Source: Octopus sinensis (Eukaryota). From it: DNA of 64,000 nucleotides. The notes beneath the pieces were generated by a model. It saw nothing but the letters and a program-made list of their open reading frames with translations. It was not told the DNA's origin and made no database searches. The stretch spans positions 55,614,001 to 55,678,000 of the forward strand of contig NC_043012.1 in NCBI RefSeq assembly GCF_006345805.1, written 5' to 3'. This document shows, in pieces, positions 40,965 through 54,800 of the stretch. Position numbers and translations under genes: made by a program. How positions within the stretch are numbered: the stretch's first letter is position 1; every line of letters begins with the position of its first letter.

Positions 40965-43900
40965 TATATATCTATCATCATCATCATTATATATATATAT
41001 AAAAAAAAAAAAAAAATAAAAAAAAGTAGCTAAATGGATTTTACATCTGGGAAGGTATTTTATTTCTCATGCTCTGCTAGAATGATACATTGGAGTATTT
41101 TGAAAGAATTTCTAGAATATTTATATAAAATGTAAATACATAAAGAAAATGCAGTGTCATTGTTGTAAACAAACTAAAACAATATAAAATGTGATAGAAT
41201 CAAGTTTGCTTACAAATATATTTTTGAACCTCCTTAAACTTTATTTGGAAGAAATTTATAGCAAACATGGTTTTTAATCTATAAGAAATAGCAGATATAA
41301 GGAAAATGTGGTATAGCTGCAAAGTGTGTATGTGTGTGTGTGTGTAGTTTCAAAATACACACATGTTAGCATGGTCACAAAGTACAAGTGTGTGAGTTTG
41401 CTGTCACAAAATATGATTGCAGTGCTCCAGCATGGCTGCAGTCAAATGATTGAAACAAGTAAAAGAGTCACATGTGATAACAGTGTTTGTGTATATGCAG
41501 TGACAGTACTTGTATGTGTGTGCATGTGTGACAGTACATGTGTGTGTGTGTGTGATGACAAATCCATCTTACACACACCCATGATGAAATGCTCAATCAT
41601 TAAAATTGACGTAAAATTTTTAACGATTTCTTCCCGAGTTCAATCCCAATGTTATCCAAGACAATAACATTGTCATTATATGGTTATTTTATGTTTATTA
41701 TATCTTCATAAATTTATTTTTATCTCCTACTCCTAACATATAATTATAATAACTGCACTATAATTCTAAAATATTATAATAGAAAAGAATAGTTGGAAAA
41801 TGCAGTTGAAAAAGTAAAAACAAACCTAATTATTATTAATCCAAAATAAATTTTAGAACTGGTCAAATGTGAACATAAATACTTCACTAAAATCTTGCAA
41901 ACATCAGAGTGTTTGCAAAATAAAATGTCATTTTATTTTTTATGGATAAAATGAAACCCCTTAAGACTTAAGGATAATAAAGAATAATTATACTACTACT
42001 ATTACTACTACAAGTAGTGATACAGAATGTCTTACCAACTGATTTCTTTACATCCTGATTGTTAGTAATGGTAATAATATTGTGTGTGTCCCATTTTACA
42101 TAGGGTATATAATCTGTAACAACTTTGACAGGAGACGAATAAGACTTTACAAGAGTAATTGGTACTGTACGCATTTTGAAAGATTTTGTTTCTTTGTGGG
42201 TTTCTTATTTGTTTTTCCTTTGTTATTTGTTTTTTAAAAATCACAGAAACAAAACAGTTCTTTTGGGGTGAAAAAGAAAGAACCTATATAAATATATACA
42301 GTACTTCTAACTGTCAACAAGTCACAGGCAAGGAAAATGTAATAAAAAACTAGTTTTTGTTGAAGAAGCTAAACGAAACTGAAATAGATTCTCTTTCTGG
42401 AGAGAGAAGTGAAGAATGAGCAATATAAGCAGTAGCTGAAAGCTTAAAAAGAAGCTGTGCTGGCTGAGAGAAGTTACATTATTGCCCTCCAGCAAGGTGA
42501 GTAAAAATATCATTTCAGCAGCAGCAGACAAGTATCTCTACCTTACTCCCCCTCCCACCCACTCTTGGCACTGATAACAAAAATCTTGAAATGCCAGATT
42601 TCACAATAGCTGGAAGTTGTCTTCAGAAATAGAGCCAAAACTCTTTTCTACGTACTGACAACATTTTTTTGGTATGTTTTATTAACTAACAGCAACTGGA
42701 CTGTTAACATGGAAAAAAAAAAAATCTACAAGAATGAGGAAAACTTGATTGCAATAGAAATGGCATGGAACTAATTAAATTCTTGGTATTGTGTGATCAC
42801 AATTATTTTTTCTTAATAGTAAAAGTTAAAAAAAAAAAAAACTGAACAAACTTAATGCACCAAGTGAGTTTGACAAAGTACTTTTTTTTAAACTAACAGC
42901 AACTGGACAAAGTTTGACAAAGTACTTTTTTTTAAACTAACAGCAACTGGACAAAGTTTGACAAAGTACTTTTTTTTAAACTAACAGCAACTGGACAAAG
43001 TTTGACAAAGTACTTTTTTTTAAACTAACAGCAACTGGACAAAGTTTGACAAAGTACTTTTTTTTAAACTAACAGCAACTGGACAAAGTTTGACAAAGTA
43101 CTTTTTTTTAAACTAACAGCAACTGGACAAAGTTTGACAAAGTACTTTTTTTTAAACTAACAGCAACTGGACAAAGTTTGACAAAGTACTTTTTTTAAAC
43201 TAACAGCAACTGGACAAAGTTTGACAAAGTACTTTTTTTTAAACTAACAGCAACTGGACAAAGTTTGACAAAGTACTTTTTTTTAAACTAACAGCAACTG
43301 GACAAAGTTTGACAAAGTACTTTTTTTTAAACTAACAGCAACTGGACAAAGTTTGACAAAGTACTTTTTTTTAAACTAACAGCAACTGGACAAAGTTTGA
43401 CAAAGTACTTTTTTTTAAACTAACAGCAACTGGACAAAGTTTGACAAAGTACTTTTTTTTAAACTAACAGCAATGGACAAAGTTTGACAAAGTACTTTTT
43501 TTTAAACTAACAGCAACTGGACAAAGTTTGACAAAGTACTTTTTTTTAAACTAACAGCAACTGGACAAAGTTTGACAAAGTACTTTTTTTAACTAACTTT
43601 TTTAACTAACTTGACAAAGTACCTTTTTTTAATTAACAGCAACTGGACTGTTAACATGGAAAAAAACTCTACAAGAACAAGGAAAACTTGATTGCAATAG
43701 AAATGGCATGGAACTAATTAAATTCTTGGTATTATTTTTCTTAATAGTAAAAGTATAAAAAAAAAAAAGAACTGAACAAACTTAATGCACCAAGTTAGTT
43801 TGAAAAAGTATTTTTTTAAGTGACTTGCAGTTTATGAAGGGAATGTGCATGGGTTAATCTGCAGTCCAAAAGTAATGCTGTTAACTATAGTATCAAATAT

Positions 43901-46900
43901 GAGACTTCATGTAGGTACATTATGATGTGGAGGTGAGGATCACACAGTAGAAGACATTAGAACCATAGGGAATTTAATTCAATAAGGTGGATTTTTGATT
44001 CTTCAAAATATGTGTATTTATATATAAAACAGAGCCAATGTACTAAACACTTAGGATCATCATAGAGTTTTTATATATCTGAAATACGATACCAAAGAGT
44101 TTCAAAACATTTTGTTCAGTAAATCTGAATCTTGAAGTAGAGTTTCATGATTTCAGAAATGGAACAAAACTTATAAGGAACCCAGAGACAAAGAAAGAGA
44201 GAAAGGGATATAGATAAATATAATTTTTGTTTAAAACACAGAAATGATCATTTTAACATTAGATAAATGGGTAAAAAGGCAATTCAGATATATAAAACAG
44301 ACAATATGAAGATCCAGAGAAAACCGTGTATTGGAGGATAATAACTGGCTTTAAACATTTTTAAATTTAGTATCAAAAGTTACCTCTGATAGCCAAATAA
44401 TTTTCTGTAGGAAAAACAATGCACAAACATAGCTTTATTGTAAACAGAAAAAAAAAATACATACATACACACATGGAAATACATAACGAGGAAGAATGGA
44501 AACTATCTGAAGTGAAATAACTTTTAAAGAACTTCCAGGGGTGAAAAAATTGTACAAATAACTATTTATCATGAAAAGATGGAGAATAAAAAAAGTGTAA
44601 GGTTTATGTTTGGATGTTCAAAGAACAATAATTTACTGAAATAAATCTTCAGACTTAACATTTTTTTTTCTTCTTCCTTTCCTATTCTATCATTACTAAA
44701 TATTATTCAAATAAGCCTGCTGGCTATTTGTGACATCAGGACCTGTAAAGATACCGAAAGGCATTCCAGTGATGGCCATCCTTATCTTTGTAGAAGCATC
44801 TAAGATATTCTTTTCTATGCAGCTGGAGATATCACTCGAAAGACTTTTGTAGGATTCTTTTTCTTCTTGAAGGTTTGGGACAGAATTGATTCGATACATT
44901 ACAAGGAAACTTTCCTTTCATACCATTTGCTTCAGCTTAATCCAGTTTCCTGGCCACCTCTAATTAAGGTGTCCAATATACGAAAAAACAGATGAGGCTT
45001 AAGTAGTAAGTTCACTTGACTAATAGTAAAGTTCAACTCCATTGCTTAATCCAGATATCATTCAATCTTCTATATAGACTACATGATAAACAATGTTATT
45101 GGCTGGAGCTGTCATTCAAAAGATTGTTCATAGTGCAAGAGTAATCAGATTGTTTACATTGCAAAAGTAAATGTAATGAAAGTGAGTTCAATTCCACCTT
45201 AAGCTCAAACATACTTAAAGACAACAGAACATCGAGAAGATGAAATTGCTTAAAACAGTAGAAAGAAAGAAAAAAAGATGCTAAGAATCTATAAGACTTA
45301 TTTCAGTATTAGTAACACATTAAAAAGGTGTAATATAATTAAGAAATTTTCTATCTAATTTTTCACTTGATAAAAATTTTTAGATTTAAAAGAGTACTTG
45401 ATGCTAAAGAGAGTATTACAATTACTGAAGCTGACATTTCACATTTTATAAAGTTTCATGTCTGAAGATCAGAGACATGAAACTAAATGTGAAGTGTCAA
45501 AAGTATTCGTATGAAGCTATTACAGAAGAAAACATAATGGAGCAGGGGTGTGGGGAATCAAGGCACGGTTGGTTTCGCTTTTTAACACAAAGAATTATAA
45601 TACAGACACATAGGGATTAGCTAAATCCATACTACTGAGTTGTTTTTTTATATATATTTTTATGAACATCTTTCAAGAACACATGAACACACTAGATTAT
45701 AAATCAGCAAAACATGAAAAGAATAAGTTACCTGGAATTTTTAAACTGAGTTCACATTGGCTTCCTATGTGTGTGATATCAGCAGCTTCCCGATGTCTAG
45801 TAATACGTTCAGTAATACGAGAGGATGGTTCACCACCAATTTTCACACTGAATGGACTGCCTGTTAACAGAACAAGTGAACAACAGGGTTTTAACAATGA
45901 ACACAAAGTAATATTAGAACACTAATTTAAAATACTAATTGATAATATGGCACAGATGTGATAGTGTTTGAGAAATTTGCTTTCCAACCACGTAGTTTTG
46001 GGTTCAGTCCCACTGCATGGCCCCTTGGGCAAGTATCTTCTACTATAGCCCCAAGCCAGCTAGAAGCTTAATGAATTTTGTAGATGGAGACTCTAAAAAG
46101 CCCATTGTGCATGTATGTGCATATTTTTGCATCTCCTACACTTGACGTCATGTGATTGTTGCAAATAAATGTTCATTTCCAATATTTTATGAAAACATGT
46201 TTAGTCAAGAGGAAATATCACTGTTTAGAAACCAGTGACAAATGGCAACAGGAAGGGTGTCCAATCATAGAAAGTCTGCTTCAATAAATTCCACCTGAAG
46301 CATGCAAACATGGAAACTAAGAAACGATATAGATATTTTGTGAGGACTTAATTTTATGTGGTACAAGGCAACTTCACTAGTGTTGGTGCCATCACAAAAT
46401 GCATCGCCATAAACTATGTGAAGCAGTTGACTAATGACAAAATAAGTGTTAAGACACTTATTTTGAGAAAATGACAACTCTTAGTGCAGGTACCATAAAA
46501 AAATGCATCTGGTACTCTTAGGAGAGCAGTTGGGGATAGAAAGGCTGTCCAAATTAATTAAATTTCCATCTTCTTACTGCCAATATTCTGGTGGTTCTTG
46601 ACTTTATCAATCACCTCAAAAGGACCAAAAGGCAACTCTGATATAATGGATATAACAAAACGCCATAAGGTATTTTTTGATGCTCTGTTAATTCTGCTAA
46701 ATGCCATTACAAAGAATAAAGAAAAATTTAATGCAATGTGGAATAACATTTTAGTAACAAAAACAAAAAAATTTTAATTATCAAAACTAATTACCTGGAA
46801 CATGGACATCAGCAAATTTGATGTTAATGATGTAGGTACCAGGTTCTGTGGGCTTGTAAGTAACACCACATGTACCATCATCGTTGTCTTTACACTCAAT

Positions 46901-49900
46901 ATCTGCCTTGCTGGGACCTTCAATGGACAAGCTAAGTCCACCATAGCCTGAAAGAATACAATGATCCTTTATGTAAAATCCCTGTGGCATATTGCAAGAA
47001 AAATAAATTTAAAAAAAAAAAAAAAAAAAAACTTTCACTGTTCCTTTTAGCTTGAGATTTGAAAATATATTTAGAACAAAATTAACACAGAAGTTAATGA
47101 TCTATGAAACAGAAAGTAGAGGTATGGCTGTGAGGCAAGAAGTTTGCTTCCCAACTACATGGTTTTGGGTTCAATACCACTGCATGGCACCTTGAGCAGG
47201 TGTCTTCTACTATAGCTCCAGGCTAACTAAAACCTCATATTGTGATTGGATTTGGTAGACAGAAGCTGAAAGAAGCCCTTTATATATATCTTTCGGAGAG
47301 GGACTGAGCAGCTATACGCACACATACATACATGGCAGCAATATATATATATATATATATATATGTGTTCATACACACAGACACACACATGTATGCATGC
47401 ATGCCTGCATACATACATAGAAGCTTCATCAAGCCAATGCCAGTGTCACATAACTTGCACTTATTCCAGTGGTACATAAAAGCACCTGTGTCAGCAGCAC
47501 ATCAAATCACATCACCCACAAAAGAGAAACTTTACAATCTGAGATGATAAAAAGGTCTTATAGTTTTTAGCTTTAGACATGCGAGGACCTCTGAAATGCA
47601 AAAATTATACTTTACTTATAAAGGATCAACTGTACTACAACAACTTCTGACATTCTGAACAAGCAATTTGCATACCATTTCCATTAATCAGGTACTTCCT
47701 TATCCAGATGTCACACTAAACACTTCAACCAATTCCCACCAACCCAGAACTATAACAATCAGGATCTACAATATTACTTATGATTTTCCTATAGATAACT
47801 AAAAGGCCTCCAAAGTTCAGAGGGGACAGATACCTCCTTGTCTATCTTAGGAACAATAAAACACAAATTGTACACACCAGCTTCTTTGGTATTGACAGTA
47901 AATTCATTGACTTGATTTGCCATTCCTTCAACAATTCCACGGCCAGTCACCTTCACCTTTCCAGCATTGCCCAACTCTCCTTCACCAACATAAATCCTAA
48001 ATGGACTGCTTGCAATGTGTTGTCCGTTGCGGTAGACGTTGACGAGATGCTCTCCAACTTCATGTGGAGTGAATGAAATACCTGAAAAATAAGGACAGTA
48101 CAATATGGATGAAATACACGTAGAATATAACAATCAGGATTATATAAATAGGCAGGATTAGTTACATGGACAAATATAGATATAAAATGAATATAATTCT
48201 TTATACACACACCCTACTGAATCTAGAATACATAAGTGTGTGTGTGCATCATATATAATATAAAAAAGCGAAATTAATCATCTTCAAATTTAAAAATACT
48301 TCAATTTTATTAAGTTTGACAAAGCTAGTATAGCTTTCTTCCATAGGTTGTACCTAGCTTTAAATGGGTTCTCTGTTGTAGAGTTTTTAGTTTATGCTGT
48401 AACAAAATGATTTCAAATCAAAGGTGAGCAAATATGCTACCTATCTTATGATATATGCTGGGGAAGATGGTTTGTGATGCGCAGGCAGGCAGACAGACAG
48501 TCAATGCAAACAGTTATAGTTACCTAAGTGACCATTGGACAGCTTTTTCAAAATGCAAGGTTCCTCTTTGCCAGATGGAGTCTTGATCATTGCAGTTAGA
48601 TTAGTTATGTCAGTTTCAGTGACCTTCAGAGATACTTCACTGCTGCTACCAACAGATATTTGGGCTCTCCTCCTTGGTTCACTTGCTGTAAATAAATAAA
48701 CAAACAATTTGTTAGATTAAAAGGATTTAAGGCTGAATACTTTCTTCTCTAAAATAATTTAGAAGTATTTTCATTTAATTTATTAAAACTGAAAGGAGTT
48801 ATGAAATTTACTTATCTTAGATTTTTTTTTTTAATGACATGCATCTGAAAATGGCCCAGTGGATAAATAGTGAATGGATAAGTTATTTCAACTATTAAAT
48901 TACAAGACAAAAGTTCACATCTCCAGCAAGCAGTTTGTATTTTATTTCTGAACTGAACACAATTCTACATGGTTTCAGGTCAGCTAGCTCTAAGAAATAA
49001 GTAACTGGCATTTTTTTTTTTGCAAGGTGGGGAAAGTAACTTGCTATAAATGTTCTGTCCAAGAGAAGTTCTATCTGCACCTGAAGCAGGATTTGGATAT
49101 TTTATGTATTCTGGCAATTCATGAAAGCATAAAGCTTAACTTTCACAACAGACTCAAATATTTGACTGAAACAAAATTAATTGACAAAGTCCAGTATGGA
49201 TTGGAAACTAAAATATATTTTTCAACTCAACTAAAAGGACTATCTTCTAAGTTTTTGTTTTAAAATTTTAATTCAATTAAGCTTATTAAAATATATAACA
49301 ATAATTAGTTTAAGGTTTCTGAAATAAACCCCTGCCAATGTTTCACAAACTGGAAGATGTTATCAAATGTATAAATAACAATATTGACAGTAATATATAT
49401 GTATTTATACAAAGTTTCAACTTACGTGTGATCTTTGGTTTGAATGGTGATCCAGAGATGTTGCTATCAGCAAACTTGACAGTGATACAATACTCTCCAG
49501 GAGCTGTAGGCATGTAGCTTACTGTACATGTACCGTCTTTGTTGTCCACACAGTTAATAGTGGCCTTAGAAGGACCTTCAATGGACAAAGACAAACCGCC
49601 TGAAATGAAAAAAAAAAATCTTTGTCGTTAGTCCTCTTCCAAGCAACAAATAGGTAATCATTGTAGAAACAAGGGTAAAAATAATTTAAACAGTTGTGCT
49701 TTATTCTTCATATTGTTGAGACTTATGTAATTGACACACAGATCTATTGTAAAACATGTATCTAATACACACTTTTCTTTAATAATCCCAATCCACAACA
49801 AAGTATTAAAGGTTCATTATTTAGATTATTGTGAAGGTGCATGGCTTAGTGGTTAGGGTGTCAGCATCATGATCGTAAGATTGTGGTTTCAATTCCTGGA

Positions 49901-51768
49901 CCGGGCGACGCATTGTGTTCTTGAGCAAAACACTTCATTTCACGTTGCTCCAGTCCACTCAGCTGGCAAAAATGAGTAACGCTGTGATGGACTGACGTCC
50001 CGTCCAGCTGGGGAACACATGCGCCATAGAAACTGGGCCCATGAGCCTGGCTAGGCTTTAAAAGGGCACATTTATATTTTATTTAGATTATTATTTTATT
50101 ATACATCTATTTTATAGAATGAAATATAAACTATTATATTGGTTTATAGTATACTATAGTATTGTAGCAGTAGCGCTCTACTGTAGGTTATGCTACGTTG
50201 TTGTTATTATTATTATTATTATTAGGTTTTAAAGTCAATTTTGGTTCAACAATTGAGAAGTATTTTATACATGATGTATGGTAGTTTTCTATATATGGAA
50301 TTTTATAGTATCTGCTTTCAAAATCCCTTGATACACAAGGATTTTTTAAAAATGACTTTCCAATTACATGGTCTTGGATTCAGTACCACTGCATGGCAAC
50401 TTGGACAAATGTCTATTACAGCCCTGGAGAGATCAAAGCCTTAAGTGAATTTGGTAGATAAAAACTAAAAGAGGCCAATCGTATGTATGAATGTTTGATC
50501 TCTAGTCTTGTCTTTGCATGATGATTGTGAAACAAGTGTCACATCACACACAGTGCCATTCGTTCCCACTCTTCCATAAAAACACTTGGTCAGGTGAAAA
50601 TATTAACTTTCTTCAAAGCAACTGAGGGTTGGTGACAGGAAGAACACCTGATCACAGTAAAATCTGGTTCAATGAATTCCATCTGACCTATGCAAATTTG
50701 GGTGAGTAGACATGGAGAAATGTTATGTATAGAATTTAGATTACATGATTCTAAATTCCAACATTGTGTTTTATTCATGAATTAAAACTAAAAGTTTTGT
50801 TGAAGACAAAAATGTACAATAAAATTGAAAGAAAAGAAAAAGAATCAAACTGACCTGCGCCAGCGTCTTTGGTTACAATGGTGAAGACAGCAGATTCGTT
50901 GACGACACCATGTGTAAGACCAGGTCCATGTGCAGTGACTTGACCACTGTTAATTGCGTCCACGTGGAAATGGAAGGGACTTCCTGTTAACAAAGAAAAC
51001 AAAAAAAAAAAACATTATACATGTGAAAATGGCTAAGTAGATAAATTTCCAGACAAATTTCTATTTTTGGTAAGAGAAAGAATTAGTTAACATGGGCCTA
51101 AAATAATTTGTAATAAAGGCATAAGGCTGTAAATAGTCAGCATTGTTGAGCCCAGTTCACAGCATATTTTATTTTAACCCTGGAAGGATGAAAAGCAAAG
51201 TTGACTCCAGCAGGATTCTATTCAGAATTTAAAGAGACTGTGTCTGATGCTCAAACAATTCTTCCAAATCATAATAATCCTTTCTGCTATAGGCACAAGG
51301 CCTGAAATCTTGTGAGAGGAGGCTAGTCGATGGATGACATGGACCCAAGTTCTTAACTGGTACTATTTCCTCGACCCCGAAAGGATGACAGACAAAATTG
51401 ACCATGGCAGAATTTGAACTCAGAATGTTAAAACAGATGAAATGCTTCTAAGCATTTTGTCCGGCATGCTAATAATTCTGCCTGCTATCTACCTTAAAAA
51501 GAAAAATATGGAAGCAAAGAAGGTGTACAAAGAAAAAGAAAAAAAATGGTAATCTCACCATAGACAGGTTCATTATTGTATTGGATGTGAAGCTCATGCA
51601 AACCAGCTTCAGTTGGTTGGTAACGAACACCAACGGTACCATTCTTGTTGTCTTCAATTTTGGGATAAACCTTCTTACCGGAAGGAGTGATAATGTGACC
51701 TAAGAGAATAAAAAACAAAATGTGAGAAAATACGAAATTTTTAACCACACAGCCATATGTTATGAGAA

Positions 51769-51826
<58 letters not shown>

Positions 51827-54800
51827 ATATTATATATATATATATAAGACCAAGACCTCTGGAGATATGCTGTGACTTCAAAGACCCGACAAATAACGTG
51901 AGTTCAAGGCTGTTTCCTGCACCAGCTTCACATAGCAGCCCCAGCCGATCCAAAGAACCTTGGATCGCAGGACGACCTGCTGTGCTTATCTGGATCATAG
52001 GGCGACCTGCTGTGCTTGAGGAAACCTATTGAGTCAAGTATATCAACATCAAAATAAAAATCAAATGATACCCGTGCCGGTGGCACATAGAAAAGCACCA
52101 TCTGAATGTGGCTGATGCCAACCAATCGTTGCTGTTGCCAGCCTTCCCTGGCACCTGCACTGGTGGCACGTAAAAAGCACCCACTACATTCACAGAGTGG
52201 TTGGCATTAGGAAGAACATCCAGCTGTAGAAACACTACTAGATCAGACTGGAGCCTGGTGCAGCCTCCTGGCTTCCCAGACCCTGTCGAACCGTCCAACC
52301 CATGCTAGCATGGAAAATGGATGTTAAACGATGATGATACTAACCTGAGACAAAGTTGAAAACTGGGCCAACAGGGATGCAGAAATCTAATGGATGGTAT
52401 GGTGCAGGAGCACTCTGTACTTCATCAACCTTAACTGGTTTGATAATATCATCAACCTAAAATGAAAAATAGAGAAAGGAGGGTGTGATCAGAATTGAAT
52501 ATCTGAATGAATAACAGCAGATACCCACAGCGCCCACAGCAGGTAAATTAAAGCATTGGTTAAAACATTAGTTAAAGTATTGGTAGTTTTAGAAGTGATT
52601 ATTATTAGTGAAAGTAGCTGACTTCAAAGCCAGTGAAAACACAATGGTTATGAATTAAAAGTGTATGATAGTATATACTCTAGTTTGGATGTGTAGTAAT
52701 TTAATAAAGACACCAAATATGACAATATCCACACAAAACCAGCATCAAGTATTCAATTTATTATTCCAGTATATTTCTAAATAAGTCTACTGTCCCAATA
52801 TCAGTTTTAAATTTTTGCACAAGGCCAGCGATTTCTGGGAGGGAAGGAGTTGATTGCACTGGCTCCAGTGCTTGACTGATACTTATTTTAATCGACTCCG
52901 AAAGTATGAAAGGCAAAGTTGACTTTGGCGGAATTTGAACTTAGAACAAAGACAGATGAAATTCTGTTAAGTATTTTACCCAGTAAGCCAAGGATTCAGC
53001 CAGCTTACTGCCTTGTTCTGTACTAGTGTCGGTAAATGGAAGTGTGGTGTATATATAGGAACCCTAGAGCAGTAAAGAAAATACTTTTAACAGTCTTTTG
53101 TTTTGTTTATCTACACTCTAGAGTTAATGTTTTTCTTGGGTTATATTTCTTTCGTCCTTTTGTGAGAAGGGGGATTTGGTTAAATACCACTAAAACTCTG
53201 GGGTTGATTTAATGAGCTATTGCCCTTCCCTATATATTAAAAAAAAAAAAAAAAAAAAGAAACTCAAAAGATAACTTTAATAATTGATAAATCCAAAGTT
53301 ATATTCATCACTATGAGGAAACAAAAATTTTCAGAAACAGATTTCAACTTAACTTAAAATTTCTTCCAAGACAAAATCCCTCCACAAAAAAATTTTTTTA
53401 AAAATGTATTAGAATAAGTTATAAATCTATTGCTTCTTTGAAGAAACATTCCACCTGCCAGCCTAGTTTGATAGCATGTTTCTTACTGGTCTGTACTTCT
53501 TTCCCTCCCAGCTTTTGGGAAAGGAAAATATACAATTAACTTAAGACACATGTCAAGTAAGAAAACTAAGCAAATCAGCTAGATTTAGAAAGCTATTATA
53601 CACACAAAGAAAGATCATCAAAACTGTCTGAAACTACTCCTGGTTTTATGATAAAAATTTTCTGTTTTGAAGCAACTGAAACCTAAGATTTCAAACACCA
53701 ACTTAATAAGGATAGTCATTTCACAAAATTACTTGTAGTTTTTCAAAAACTTAATGGAAACAAATACTGCATTTTTTAATGGAAATCAGGTAACAGAAAG
53801 GTTTGCTCCAAATCTGGCATGAAAATCCTTACTCCAACAGTAATTAAAATATTTTTTAGTTTTCCTTTTAAGACTCCTATGCCAGCAACCCTTAATAGGT
53901 GCATTCTTATACACTAATGCACTGAACTTGCAACAGTAAAAAATAAATTGTATATGAATTCAAAAGGAAAACTGAAACAAGCTTCTAACATTACTTATCA
54001 AGTTAATTAGCTAATGCGAACTCAAAAAGGTTCATTAAAATGTAATAACATCTACTTGCTTCACCTAATTAACACTAATGACTAATAAAACATGAATACA
54101 AATAGATTCATTGCAAACAATCAGATGACTGAACACATGGTTGATGATTCCAGAAAGGTCTTACAAAAGAAAAAAAAAAGGGGTATTAAATTTATGCTAC
54201 AAGTGAAAGGTTTTATGAAGTTTATAACTGCATGGAAAATTCTCACTCACCAACACACTCCTAAAATATATTCCATATTAATTTGTAATTGAATAACTGG
54301 TGCTTTAAAGCCAAAATAAATTTGTGTTCTAGCATTAATTACAAGTTAGTAATAAACATGATTTGTGGTGGAAATTATTTTTTAAAAAATTAAGTTAATC
54401 ACTCACAAGACAATTACATTGTGTTTTTACACACAGTGGAAAGCTAATGTCCATAGAATTGTAATATTAAAGAGAAAATAGGTTTAATAATTTAAAATTT
54501 TTGTTAAGTTAAAAAAAATTGCAGTTGACTGACCACAGGTTGGGGACAAAGAACCTGAAAGATAAATCGATTTTAGCTATAAATTCGAAATTAATAAACA
54601 ATAGTCACAAGGGTAAGATTTAGGAGATAGGACGCAGGAAAATTAATAAAAATATGAAGGTAGGATGACCAGTGATATTTGATATGGCCATTTGAAAGAA
54701 ATGAGATGGTACGTTAAGAATAGGAAAGAAGGAAGAGAGCCGGGAGATTGATTATAACATGAGAATCAGAAAAGCTAAAATGAAAGAGTTCATGTGGAAA

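Noticed and set aside
42490-42503. Plus-strand AAG|gtgagt donor of an antisense gene
   Set aside because: No supporting ORF, acceptor or partner exons on the plus strand.
42868-43650. CRISPR-like array
   Set aside because: Units are contiguous with no unique spacers, there are no cas genes, and the context is a eukaryotic intron; it is a minisatellite.
44696-44899. 67-aa ORF in the Ig20 intron as an FLNC-like insertion exon
   Set aside because: No suitable phase-1 acceptor/donor pair found; contains a motif (aaagat.agatgg.ca..gctggaatgc) shared with repeats at ~34730 and ~56785.
47830-47836. Alternative donor extending exon 47878
   Set aside because: Phase 0, whereas the next exon needs phase 1.
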